Shown here one piece after another: positions 37,401 to 49,936 of a stretch of 64,000 nucleotides of DNA. Location: assembly GCA_026025075.1 (NCBI GenBank), contig JAPEUI010000035.1:1-64000 (forward strand). Direction: 5' to 3'. This stretch comes from Vezdaea acicularis. Taxonomy: Eukaryota. The notes beneath the pieces were generated by a model, which was given only the letters and a program-made list of their open reading frames with translations, did no database searches and was not told the origin of the DNA. The position numbers were made by a program, and so were the translations under genes. The first letter of the stretch is position 1. Every line of letters begins with the position of its first letter.

Positions 37401-38079
37401 CTTGCACGTCTTATTTGCTACCTTGAAACAAACGACGTCATCAACAAGCAGGACACAGGCGGCTTCAGACCACGTATACAGCCTCGTCAAACACATAGAG
37501 CCAGAGGTGCAAGAGTTGCTTACTAGCGTGTTCGTATCGCTTGAAAAATCATATGCAAAAAAGTCACATAAACAATTAGAAATAGCGGATGATGACGAAC
37601 CCGAAGAACCCGAAGACTCCGATGAAGATGACGCTGAAGAAGAAATCGAAGAAAAGCTTAACAAAACACTTTTGGCAGAGCAGAAGCTTTGTGAAGTAAC
37701 TGGCAAACTCGTCTTAGCCATTTTAGCACGTGTCATCGACTCGGAAGGCCCATTGAAGGGTAAGCTAAAGGAAAGGATGTCCCGAGAAAAAGCTCGCCTT
37801 GGCCAAAACTTCAAAGAAGTCCTTGCTCATTTGGATCCACCCAAGGCAAAGAAGTCTGTAGCAAAGACCAGATTACATGCGAAGGAGGTCAAGTCACTCT
37901 CTGAAGCAATGGTAGTTGAAGATGATGAAGATGAGGTTGAAGCCGAATCCCCAGCCAACGAAGCCGAGGTCGAGGACTTGCGAGCCAAGGAATTAGAGAC
38001 AGAAGAGCTATATGAAGACGGGGCTGACAGAGGGAGAGAAGCAAGTGTTGAGGACGAAGGTGATGTCATGGGCGACTAA
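34429..38079 (+). CDS. SCC3: Cohesin subunit Scc3/Psc3/STAG (3 exons; start 34429 or 34450)
   Basis: STAG domain (MSSS.IRPFRHTAT), FVHRYRDVD..IR..C and FTERFRPRLVEMA. Introns at about 34902-34954 and 35164-35211. Confidence 0.95.
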
Positions 38080-38544
38080 ATGTACCATAATTATGAGGGA
38101 AGATGCCTTACGAACTTGTAAACAAGCACGGCGTTCAATTGCAAGGCTGAAGGGTTTGCACAGGATGGACTTGTGGAGATACCGCATGGTGATTCTCGAG
38201 CGCTGGGATTCACCTATTGCTGCACCTAGAACTATGGTTACTGTGAATTATGATCTTAGTAGTACTGCTAAAGTCTTATGGTCAAACCTCGTGATAACAG
38301 CATATGTCTGGATAAGTGCAGCCCCTCACTGTCATTGTTCGGGATGAAATGCCAAGACATTGCCCCGCCACAGCTCAAGCTGACCAATAGCCGACCCTTG
38401 TTGGGAAAGTCTCAACACCTTTGCCAAATTTGACTCATTGTGTGTCCTTTTGATTATTATGCCTTGGTTCGATTCACGTTCAAGTAGATAACGGAATGGG
38501 CTTATTGCTTGGAAAAGGCGGACTCGGGAAGATGCGGAGAAAAG

Positions 38545-41500
38545 ATGGCAGCAAGCTTCGACGAACTCATTGCATTTCTTCTTGACGAAATCGCATTGCG
38601 CGGCGAACAAGGTAAGCCTTTTCCTCTGCGTTTAGGTTTGTTTCCTGGTGGTGGTGGAATCTCTCTGAATCGATGACGGCTAATCGATTATTGGTCTCCG
38701 ATCTCTTGAGTTGAAAGTGGCGTTTAGCTGTTTTATTATTTTATTACCTCTGATAGGCGTGGCTCAAAGTTCGAACCATGCTTCTTCCAAAATTATTTCT
38801 TGAGTCTTACGTATTTTGACTGAGTCGAGGATTATTTAGGCGCTCTCATACAAGAAATTTTGACGGCCATAGATCGATTCTATGTCAAAGACATCTTTGA
38901 TCGCTCCGCGAGTGCCGTTACATCTCCCACGATCGCTGCGGAGAGGGGTCCCGTTATTGAGATAGGATCTCAAAGTACAGCTTCCCCCGTGAGAGAAAGA
39001 GCTTTCGACCAACAGCCATACTTGAGGCCTCCCCATTGTACAGTTGATCGCCACTTCAAAACTAAGGTATGGGAATGGCTTGTTGCTCATCGCGAGGTCT
39101 GGGTTGGAAAGAAGAGACAAGGCAACCGTTTGAGTTTAGAAAGGGCGTATCCCGAGTACTTCCAGGCACGCCCATCCGAGGATCTTCCAGACGGAGTCGA
39201 CAAGTTCGTGAACAGTTGCAGTCTCGACTTGCCCGGCGACGGCGAGGAATCCAGTTTGCAAAGTCAACCGAATGTCTCGCGAAATAATCAATGGAGAGTT
39301 TACACAAGCCAACATCAATACTGGCTTGCTATCACGGGTCACGGAGTCGATTGGGCAAGAATTCAGAAACTTGAGTTTGATTGTCTTTCTATGATTGCAC
39401 AGTACAGAGAGAGCGGGATCTTGCAATCGGAACTAGTCCGGTTGACCGGTCAAGATAAACGATCTGTACCCCGTCGAACTGATACGCTTTACGAAAAAGG
39501 GTATATTATGAAGAAGGCGTGGCTCGTCAGAGGATGCAAGACAAGCAAGCTCATTCTCAAAAGGTATGCAACAGGCAACGACCAATCTTCAACCATATCA
39601 GCTATAAATCAGCACAAGAGGACGGCAGATGAAGGGGAAGCCTCTCTCAACCCACTTCCGAAGGCATGGACAGCTGACGGCGTGGATGTGTCACTCATAA
39701 TCCAGAATATATTTGAGCTCCTACGGAAATACAAACTCATCACTTTTATGGACCTTAAGAGAACCCTTGTAAGTTCTCTAGAAAGAAAAACATCAAGCTT
39801 CTAATGGGGTTTCTCAGGGTCTACCAGAAACGACATGGCACCGTAAATTCTTTTCCCGAACGATTCGAAAGTTAGAGCTACTCGGCTGCGTTCGCAGGGT
39901 TATCGCCACGTCAGAGCAGATCAAGTCCCGAAAGTGGAAGTGTATGAAGCTACTTCGCGAGCCTGAAGACCATGAGTGGCGCCTTTTACGAAGCTTGGAC
40001 ACTTATATACCGGCGCGTTCACAAGGGGGATTGCCCACGACTATTGCAGGTGGTGAAGTGGACGAGGAAGAGGAAGAGCAAGATGATTTTGGATTAGGCC
40101 AGGTTCTGGAAGCTCCCCTCACACTAGCAGGGATGGTCCAGGAGGGCAATAGTCAGTTGCAAGAAGTGAGCAGACATGTCCCGCAATGGACTCCTTGGGG
40201 GGGAATTGTGCACCCGGTACAAAAGATTGTCAAAAGTTCCCAGGAAAGCGGTATTAGTACAATGGTACGTATTGATATGATCTTTCCTTTTTTGTCTTTC
40301 AGTCGAGCTAAGTATCCTTTAGGACATTCGAGATAAAGTCGTCGGCCGTTTCTACACCCGGCCTTTGGAAGGCATGCTGGAGCGTCTGACTGAAGATTGG
40401 AAAACTTCTCAGCCATCGCACATCCATCACCTTACCATAATTCGTGACATATCTCAGATCCGACGGGCGGCACATTACAGGTATTTCACGCTCAGCAGCT
40501 TCGAGCGACTGGTCAACTCGGGGGCATCATCATGGGAAGCCCTGGGTGTGAAAAGCGGCTCATCCAAAGACGAGAGAGTGCCGAAAAGTGGTCTACCGAA
40601 CCCGGTGACTGTACCAGGCGCCATGTATCATTTTGGTATTATTCCCCAAAGCAGCTTCTTTAAGGCACATGGTAAACCTACCCTGTTGGACATCATGCGC
40701 GGCACCAAAGTCGAGCAACTCTTCACGATATCCAGTGACCCGAACTTAGCGCTCAAGAGTGATGGGACCATAGGTAAATAATGTTTTTTGATTTAGTGCT
40801 CCTTGCAATACTGACATACTGTAGGCTTGGAGTGGGGCTCTCATGGACGCAAAGGTGGCCACAGAATTCAGCCAACAATATCTCAAGACGGCGGGAAAGA
40901 CGGCACTCTAAGGGCATTGGAGCCTAGCAGGGGGCGTGGAAGGCCGAAGAAAAGCGTTAATAATATCACATCTCATAAGACGAGGGATGTAATAGATGCT
41001 CAGACTCTCATCAAAGTCAACGGGAAGAAAAGAAAACTTTCTGAGTGTGATAAAGCTGAGAGGGCCAGTAAGAAGAGGAATACCAATGTCGAAACTACGA
41101 ACGCAGCAGCACCAGCGGATGTTGATATGATCAACACAAACGAGGTCCGCGAGCCTTTTCCGGTACCTTGCCGTACTTCTGGACGAAGAAGAAAAAGGAG
41201 AGTTCTCCCCGATGAGGAGAGTCTGGTGAATGATATAGAGATGCCTTCGAGCGACCCACATATAGCATTCCAGGGCAGACCCCCGTCTTTCTGTGTTATC
41301 GTCAACCCTCCTGATTATTCGAAGCCTAAAGTAAAAGGGGGCCGAAGAGGTCGCCCAAAGAAGGCTTTGATAGTAGTCATCCAATCTGAAGCCCTGAAGC
41401 GAACATCAGCGAAGAGGCCTAAGAGCTTGACTACGCCTAAAGCAAATGTGTTGGGGAAGAGGAAGCTTGAGGACTTAACACGAAACAAAACTCAAAGGAG

Positions 41501-44500
41501 TCCACGATTTACGCAGGACATCCCGAAAGAGGGGCCTTTGCTCTCTCTTGACATACAGGACCCTACACTTTCCCCTAAAAGGCGGAAAACTACTGAGCCC
41601 ATCACTACAGCAACAAGGGCATCTCAACCCCTGACATCTACGTACTCAATTCTTGTAAGTCCTGAGAGGAGTCCGCTCAATCATTCTCTACTTGGAGACC
41701 TCCGCTCGGAGAATACAGCCGATGCGAGTTTACCAAATATGCGTAAAGACTCTGTACATCAACGAAAGCTCCTTCACTTTGACTCAAGCAATCATCACCA
41801 AGCTCAACTGTTACCAGAGCCACGCTTGAGTAGATCAGAGCAGGAAGCTGATGATAGCTTGACGGTCGTCGCACAAGATCAATCCGTCCCCTCTGATACT
41901 ATGCACTCTCAGGGCATCATTGGGGGTATTGAAGATGGAGCTGACAATTTGGAAGATGGCAGTATGGCAGTTGACGAAGTACGCACGTCTGCAGTGTCCC
42001 TGAGCGAGACACCCATGGAGTTAACGTCAGATTCGGGATCGACGCCTCAGCCAAAAATGAAAAGAAGTACGAAGCTCATCCCTCCAAGAATAGCGCATAC
42101 TGCGCTACGTGGTGGCACTGTCTCGTTTCAGAGAAAGAAAGTTGTGCTTGACCTGATGAGAAAGCATGGCGGCGCATTTCCTGGAGATAGAGAGATGTTT
42201 CTAGCCTGGAAAGATGAAACTCTCAAACAGTATCCTGATGTTGGGACACCTGACTATAGGACCTACAAAGCTGTGGAGAAGAGTCTGGTTGATACTGCTC
42301 AAATCAAGCGCCTTAAGTTTTCCTTCACGACCAGAGCTGGTATTCCTCTGACAAGGACGATCCTTACATTTTCAGAGCTTGGACCTTCAGACCCCCCCGT
42401 CAGATCTATGGAGGCAAAAATCATACAAGCTGATGGAGCCGAAACGGCTGTCATTGGGGTCGAGAAAGTAAAGGGGGCTCCTAAGTCTGTGATAGATCAA
42501 GAACTCGACCAAAGGGTGACGCTACATATCGATTCGGTACCCGGAAGGCGCACTGTAGCCATAGAGGAAGCGATTATTCGTGAAGAGCAGAGAAGGGTCA
42601 AAAGATCGAGGAAGTTGAAGGAGCAAGAATATCGAAAGCAGCTCAAAGCAGAAAAACGAGCTCAGAGGCAAGATATATTGGCTAGCAGCAAGCGGAAGTT
42701 TCATGAGTACGTTTTGACTGAGGGAGAGAAGGAGCGAATAACAAAATCCATTCAAGAAGTTTCAGAGCAACATGAACTGCAGAACAGCTCTACTTCACAA
42801 GGATCTAATCGAGTTGCCCAACTTCACGGCTTACTGAACTCCCGATCTGTGCCTTCAGAAATTTCTCTAGGTGATCTCAATACAATGTTTCCCAGGTCGG
42901 GAGCACTCTCAGTGTCGTCCTTGCTTAATCAAAGATCAGAACTTAGGCATGGATTGGGCCCCAAACACAACAAGCATAAGGCACAGCCGCTAGTGGACTC
43001 ATTGTTTGCACCGTTGCTGACCTTGCATGAGACATCTGGAACTTTTGGTACTTACTTTCGGAACAATGTCAACATGGCCCAGGCCAGATGCAAATTGGCT
43101 AGAGGGAAAATCATTTGGAAGCGAAACGCTCAGTCGTTGCTGAGCATAATGTATGAGCCACTAGTCTTGTTGCACACTGTTTCGGGAACGTTTGGTACTC
43201 ATCCTCAAAGAGTCGACAGCGCGGAACGTATCAAACTTAAATTACGTCGCACAGCCAGTGTTAGCAAAAGTGAACATCAGACATTATCAGAGTCCATGGT
43301 CAAGCCAGCTATTGTCTTTCAGGTCACATCCGGGACCTTTGGCACATACTTCCAAAACGGATTGGAGATTGTCAATAAGTATAGAGCTGCTCAACGGCCT
43401 CAATATATCTTGACCAGCAGTAAGCCGGGTAGTACAATCTATCGCGAGCAGAGGCCTTTAGTACCGCTTGCTCCCAAGCTAACACTATCTCCCCGCTCGG
43501 ATATGCAAGCTTCCGCCGGGACCTTTGATTTCCTCACAACTAGTGCTAATATTGGTAACGGGGCAGGAAGCCTAAGTCGAGCGATGACTAGACCTTATTT
43601 AGCTTCGTCTTCGACCCTACGTGGACCTGGAAGACCTCCATCACTATTTCCTAAAAGGATTTTGGCAAGCCAGATCTTCAAGACTCGCAAGCTTACCTCC
43701 CGAGAACATGCGATCGTTGTGGAGCCATCTAAAGCATCTAAGGAACCCAAACAGAAGAGCTCAACAATACTTTACTCAAATGGAAAGCCGGTTGCTCACA
43801 AACTGCTACAACGTAGAACTCGTGGAGCTTTGAGTTTTCCCGATCTACCTGAAGAAGCTATCGAAGACGTGATCATTGCGGTAGTAGTCATCAGAACCGT
43901 CATTGGGGGACTTGACAAGAATATCGATTGGGTGATCATTTCCCGATTGTTCCCGAATTACGGGATCAACGTCATAGAGACTAGGTGGGCAAGGATTGCT
44001 CAGAAATATAAGACGCGGTTGGAAATGCTCTATGACGATTTTCAAGATATATTTCTGGAAGCTTATCAGTCTAATGTCATCCCCCCCCTTGACTTCGATA
44101 ACCTCCTCGCATACGACTGGAGATGGCTAGTTAACTGGGCCCGAGAGCACCTTGAAGCGGGAAATAGGTCCGATGTCGTCGTGCTACCAGACAGCCGACA
44201 CAAATTTGATAGCCTTTTCAATCTCGAGAAGCAAAAAGATCGTTGCAAAGATTGGAAAGATGACTGCCATGATTCTTCGGCCGCACATTTGAGACGTATG
44301 CGAGTATCCAGCAAGGTTTCATTCGCGAAACCTCTGAATGCGGAGAAGATAATAGAATCCAATGAATCTGAATTGCTCATTGCAAGGTCATGGATTCGTG
44401 CCAACGTAATCACGGAAACAGAGAAGTACGATAGTAGCGCTGCAAAGCAGAAGCTCTTTGCTTTAAAGGAATCCATTCTCGACACTGCTCTTCATCAGCT

Positions 44501-45236
44501 CCTAAAAGACAATGTTATAGTGCATAGCAATAGGGGTCGGGACATACCAGGTCGAAATTACGATATTACCGAAAGGGTCTTGAAATCCTTCAACCGGGAG
44601 TTTACGACATCGCTTATGAGCAGGACTGCAGCGTTTAAGAACAAACTTGACGTAGACTTCTCGAATCGTGGTTTCTCGACGTATTCTTACTATGCGGAAG
44701 ACCCGGAAACTCTCGCTGTCATAAATCTTGTGACTAGTGGACGTATCGCTCTTGATGCCGTAAACGCCCCAATTAGACCGATGGGACTTACGAAAGATTA
44801 CCGTTCTCGGGGAATGGATAAAGGCCTTCTTCATTTTGGTATGGAATTGCGGCCTACATCATTCTGGGTATACGGAAACCCTCTCCCACATTTAGCTCCA
44901 CCGCCGGGCAAGCATCTAGGGGAAAAGCTTCAACCGATACCCATCTGGTATGATATTCACGGCAATCTGATATCGGGCATATGGGGGCAGGTTTTGACAG
45001 CCATTTTATACACGGTATCTATGCGATCAGGTGTTTTGAGCGAGGAGTTAGCCAGGATCTTTAAGCCTAGCTTGGACCTGTGGGAAATTGAGCTTTGCTT
45101 AGCGTGGTGCAAAGAAACTGGTGTGGTGCAACATTCTGGCGTTGGGGGCTGGAATACAACAGGCTGGTGGTGGTGTTTGGGTTGGGACGAACAGTGGTTG
45201 CAAGGTGGTGCTCTTTCCTCCAGGAAACGGGTATGA
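38545..45236 (+). CDS. TFC3: TFIIIC largest, B-block-binding subunit (Tfc3/Sfc3/tau138), 5 exons
   Basis: MAASFDELIAFLLDEIALRGEQG exon, B-block winged-helix region (GILQSELVRLTGQDKRSVPRRTD.L), AT-hook-like GRP motifs, and C-terminal ..IGGL...IDW, RSWIRAN, PGRNYDIT, PIWYDIHG. Confidence 0.88.
42984..43424 (+). repeat. Three tandem 49-aa (147-nt) repeats with SGTFGT core within TFC3
   Basis: Equivalent codons at 43002, 43149 and 43296 give an exact 147-nt period. Confidence 0.85.
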
Positions 45237-45366
45237 TATATACCTGGGTCACAAGTAAACAGCAGTTGGCATGGAAAGGCATTTAAGGGGGGTTTGGGGC
45301 ACGAAAGCGAGCTCTAGAGCATTAAGATTTAAGACTCATAAGAATGAATAAAGGGTTGAGAACATA

Positions 45367-46451
45367 TTAGATTACAACTCTGTCTAGAAGTTCACACAGC
45401 TCATGTGCAACAAGCTCTGGATCGTCCCGCTGGATGAAGTGACCTGCTTTCTTCGCCAGGATAGGGCCTTTGCTTCTCTGGGATTGTGTGAGCTTTGTCA
45501 AACCTTCGTTGTATCTATGCCAACACGGGTTCGTGTAATTCATCGAGAGCGCAATAGGAGTGCCCATCATCTACAGTAACCTGACTTAAATCTACCATCC
45601 CTAGACAAACGCGGATTGAAAGACTCTCAGGGAGCACTCACTTTTAACCCGTCCTCCGCGAAAGTTTCAAATCCATGCCCAACCACAGTAAGCCATACCC
45701 CCTTTCCATCAACGCTCTCGAGAACAGGCTGATCGGCATGCGGTAACAATTGCGCAAGATTCTTCCGGCTAAAGCCCTCTTTGTTAAGCACACTCGGATG
45801 AAAGACCGCTCCATACTTCTTTCTGGCAAGCCTCAGCTCGTCGGCCGTTACACCCTCGGGCAAAGTCATATTGTCGAAGCCAGGGGCATCCGGATCCGGC
45901 CATACGCTTACAAAGTCCGAATTTGCCAGAACCGAATCAAGTAGCAGCATTGCTGCAACGGTCTTTGGATACTCTTGCGCGTATAGGCGCGCTATTGCGG
46001 CGCCAATAGAGTTTGCGACAAGAACTAACTGGAGTTTCTCTACGCTTTCAAGGCCTAGCTCTGCCCATGCTATCTGCTCGAGCAGCTGGTGGAGGTCATG
46101 TACAACATCGAGTGCGTCATGCCCATGGGCGGGATCTACTGCACTTTCGTCCAGGGGGTCCCGGTCCGTGGTAGTGCCTTGGCCATAACGATCGTAGGTC
46201 AGTATAGCGGGGTGTGAGGTGCGAGAGGTAGTGATAAGGGAGATAGCCGGGATCCATGAAGATTGGGGGAGGCCTAGACCGTTGAGGAAGACGATCAAGG
46301 TAGGCTTAGATTCAGTAGGGTTTTGTGAGAAGGTTTGCTGGGCTGGCAAGAAGAAGTAGCTGAGTCGCGCAGAGGGTTTTGTCTTGAGGCTTGTGAAAGC
46401 CGACTTCATGTTGGAAGGGGCTTCCGCGAGAGGCGCTGTAGTTGTAGACAT
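45367..46451 (-). CDS. Alpha/beta-hydrolase fold protein (2 exons)
   Basis: FLNGLG, YDRYGQG, nucleophile elbow ANSIG and AGHFIQRDDP. Intron 45571-45641. Confidence 0.88.
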
Positions 46452-47179
46452 AGCAAAGTACTCTTAGATTTAAAAAAAACATTCAAATCTGGATAATTGA
46501 GTTTGAGGGGGTATCAAGAGAAATATGTTCAAATTAGCAAGATCTATATTGGGGGCCGATCTCTAGACTTGAACTGTAAGCAGCATTCAAAGCTATTATC
46601 TCACGTCAGACCTGACCGCGATTACGGAGGTACAGGGGTTAAGTAATGTAATAGCGCTAGTAAGGGTGCGCTTCCCCTAACCTAGAAGGGTATCGTATTA
46701 GACAACATGAAAAACACTGACTTTTCAACACAATGAGTTGTGTGAGAGGAAATGGAGCCCACACAAGCAATTTCCCATCCTCCCATCAGAAGAGCTAAAC
46801 ATCCAGATCTTTCTAGGGATCAACAACGTGACTGTCAGCTTTTGCACCAAATAGGATGATCTTACTCACAAATTTGAGGCCAAACAGGCTTTACCATCCG
46901 GCAGATTTAAAAAGCTTACGTTAATAGAGCTATACCAATCAAACAATCAGAACATCCATTTACTCTTATACAAGCACAAATTGAAAAAGCTTATGGACTT
47001 CATGTGAACAAGTACAAAGAACCAAAGTATATTTTTTTCAAAATCTTGCCAACATTCTGAAATTTGACATCAAAAAAGATGCAATTTGTTCTGCTCTTGT
47101 TGAAAAAAGCTTTTACTATCGACTAGCTATGCAAAAGCCTTTTATATTCAAAAAAAATCAAAAATTTTGTCTTGCGTGG

Positions 47180-47591
47180 TGTAATAACTGTATTAGCCCC
47201 TAGCTTCTATCAAGTCTTTTGGGATGAATAAGGGGTAAGGAGGCTAGCTTCGCTTCAGCTTTGCTTCTGCTTCGCCTAGCTCCCTAGCATCTAGCATAAG
47301 GCCAGGTGGTTCTTAGATCACCTGACATAGACAAGCGTAGCTATTAGAGCTGCCGTTTTCCTTAGAATAGCTCTTCAGCAATCAACTCATCTATTCATCT
47401 GAATGACTAATAGGAAAGCATCCTTGCTTTGCTTCGTCTGACTCTTCTCCTATCTTGCCTTGCCTCGTCTTGCCTCGCTCCAGTTATTATCACTGCACCT
47501 AGTCTTCGTCTGCAAGTTCTTGGGTCCTTGGGAGTTAGCTCACACGCCTACAGATCCTCGCTTCCTGACGAAGCACTGGCCTGTCCTTACA
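47180..47591. mobile_element. Solo LTR, family A copy 1 (412 bp)
   Basis: TGTAAT...CTTACA with exact TSD CGTGG at 47175-47179 and 47592-47596. Homologous (inverted) to 47730-48142 and 49536-49936. Confidence 0.92.
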
Positions 47592-47729
47592 CGTGGGCAT
47601 TAAAGCACGTCAACTAGACTTTAGAGCAATAATATCAAATTTTATAAACTAACAAGACATGAGTTACAGGAAAAAGACATGAAAGGATATGGGTCACACA
47701 AAAAGCAGAAAAAAAGTGAAATAAGACGT

Positions 47730-48142
47730 TATAAGAACAGATTAGTGTTTTGTTAAGGGGGCAAGGGTCTGTAGGCGTGTGAGCTAACTTTCAAGAACTC
47801 AAGGACTTGTAGGCAAAGACTAGATGCAGTGATAATAGCTAGAGCAAGGCAAGACAAGGCAAAACAAGATAAGGTAAAGATCAAACAAAGTAGAGCAAGG
47901 ATGCCTTCTTATTAGTCATTCAGATGAATAGATGAGTTGATTGCTGCAGAGCTATTCTAAAAAAATTGGCAGCCCTAATAGCTACATTTGTCTATGTCAG
48001 GTGATCTAAAGACTACTTGGCCTTATGCTAGGTGCTAAAGAACTAAGCAAAGCAGAAGTAAAGCTGAAGCAAAGCTAGCTCTCCTACTTTTTATTTATCC
48101 CAAAAGTTTTGACAGAAGCTAGAAGCTAGTACGGTTATTACA
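47730..48142. mobile_element. Solo LTR, family A copy 2 (413 bp, inverted relative to copy 1, heavily mutated)
   Basis: TATAAGAACAG (from TGTAAGGACAG)...TATTACA with TSD GACGT/GATGT. Confidence 0.9.
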
Positions 48143-48274
48143 GATGTATACAGTGGAGAAACATCGAAGAAAAAAAGGCTGGATGTTTTGAGATTGTTTT
48201 CATAGGCACACAAAAGGTTCTAAAATATTTTAGAAGAGAGATTGAGGGTCTATAAGCAAGAATACTTATTAGAT

Positions 48275-48572
48275 TGTCAGGGCACGGGGTGTCCAGACAC
48301 TGCAAGGATAAGGCGTCCTGATACGGGTTTATAATGAAAGAGTTGCATTGTTTTTATCTAGGGGAATACGCTATATATATAGGTCATCACGTGCCCGATC
48401 ATGACTGCCTGGTCAGGACAGCGCGGTAAACGCTGTCCGTTGCAAGGCAGTCGCATGCCTTATAGCGCTGCTCCTATGGGCAGGCGTTATAAAAAGACTG
48501 CGTCTGTCAGTATACCGCATACCTGCTCCTGCTCCTATAGCCCATCTGCTCTTATCCCGCTGTCTCACAACA
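48275..48572. mobile_element. Solo LTR, family B (298 bp)
   Basis: TGTCAG...CAACA with exact TSD TAGAT at 48270-48274 and 48573-48577, internal TATA-like boxes, and the transposase sequence resumes on both sides. Confidence 0.8.
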
Positions 48573-49108
48573 TAGATATATACAGTTCTATTTATATACA
48601 GATATATTGAACCTTGTTAATAATAAGACATTGAATTAACGCTTATGCAGGATAGAATGCCTAGTCATGCAGCGGCAAATATGCAAGCAGATTTAAGAAG
48701 AAAAGATATAAATATTTTTTAATGATTTTCATTTTCATTAGATTTAAACTTAATCAAAAGAATTTGGCATATGACGAAGAACTGTTTATATGTAAGACAC
48801 CGCTGTGGCTTTTTTAATGGCTTGCCGGCGGAGCTATAGCAGCTAAGCAAAATGAGCGCCGTTTAAAACCTAGCCCAAAGAAAGCAATAATCAAATCTCT
48901 TTCATATATTTGCCTAATAGTAGTATCCCGATGGCTTGTCATCGAATAGTCTTATTTATATACTATAATTAGAATATACAAGATTTTATAGCAATTTTAT
49001 TATATCTATCTGAGTCTATTATATTTTATATTGCCTCATTTAATTGAGCAACTATTATTAAACCTATCATATATCATTATATTTAGCTACCATAACCTCA
49101 TAGCCTGC

Positions 49109-49485
49109 TGTAAGGACGGGCACGATAGCTGCCCCTGATTCTGAGAGCATGGCAGGCCGGCGCTGTCTGCGGCCCGCCTGCGGTGTCACTGCGTGTTTAA
49201 TAGGCTACAGGAGTAGGCGGATCGCCGGCGATAACTAGCAATGTCACAGGGCTATATAGATATAGCAATATAGTGATATAATAAATGAATTGCGGTTACC
49301 TGAATAGATTCTAAAACTAGCTATAGGTCAAGACTATTTGATGCCGTGTTCTTAGCGGGCCCGACTCGATATATATATAAGGGGCGCGCTGACTAAGCGT
49401 CCCCTGAGCGCCGTCGGCGTTTAAGCAAGAACAGCCATCTAGGGCGCGCCGGCGCGCCCTAAGCGGATGCCACCGCGTTCTTACA
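49109..49485. mobile_element. Solo LTR, family D (377 bp)
   Basis: TGTAAGGACG...CGTTCTTACA terminal inverted repeats and exact TSD CCTGC at 49104-49108 and 49486-49490. Confidence 0.9.
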
Positions 49486-49535
49486 CCTGCGTACGTCTTG
49501 CTGAGCATATGTTTTCTTGTTATAGATAAGATGTA

Positions 49536-49936
49536 TGTAAGGACAGGCCAGTGCTTCGTCAGGGAGCGAGGATCTGTAGGCGTGTGAGCTAACTTCCAAG
49601 GACTCAAGAACTTACAGACGAAGACTAGGTGCAATAATAGTAGTTGGGGCGAGGCAAGACGAGGCAAGGCAAGATAGAACAAAGGTCAGACGAAGCAAAG
49701 CAAAGATGCTTTCCTACTAGTTATTCAGATCAATAGATGAATTGATTGCTAAAGAGCTATCCTAAGGGAAGCGGCAGCTCTAATAGCTACGCTTGTCTAT
49801 GTCAGGTGATCTAAGAACCACCTAGCCTTATGCTAGGTGCTAGGGAGCTAGGCAAAGCAGAAGCAAAGCTAGTCCTCTTACCCTTTATTTATTCCAAAAG
49901 ACTTGATAGAAGCTAAGAGCTAATACAATCATTACA
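49536..49936. mobile_element. Solo LTR, family A copy 3 (401 bp)
   Basis: TGTAAGGACAGG...CATTACA with exact TSD ATGTA at 49531-49535 and 49937-49941. Has an approximately 11-bp internal deletion between short direct repeats relative to copy 1. Confidence 0.92.

Noticed and set aside
37050..37814. 254-aa antisense ORF inside SCC3, and similar shadows in POL3, TFC3 and the helicase
   Set aside because: Complement of conserved coding sequence with low-complexity Ser-rich translation.
47180..49936. Reading the family-A LTRs as the two ends of one full-length retrotransposon or as TIRs of a DNA element
   Set aside because: Each copy has its own distinct 5-bp TSD, and the intervening DNA is Tc1 transposase and other LTRs rather than gag/pol.
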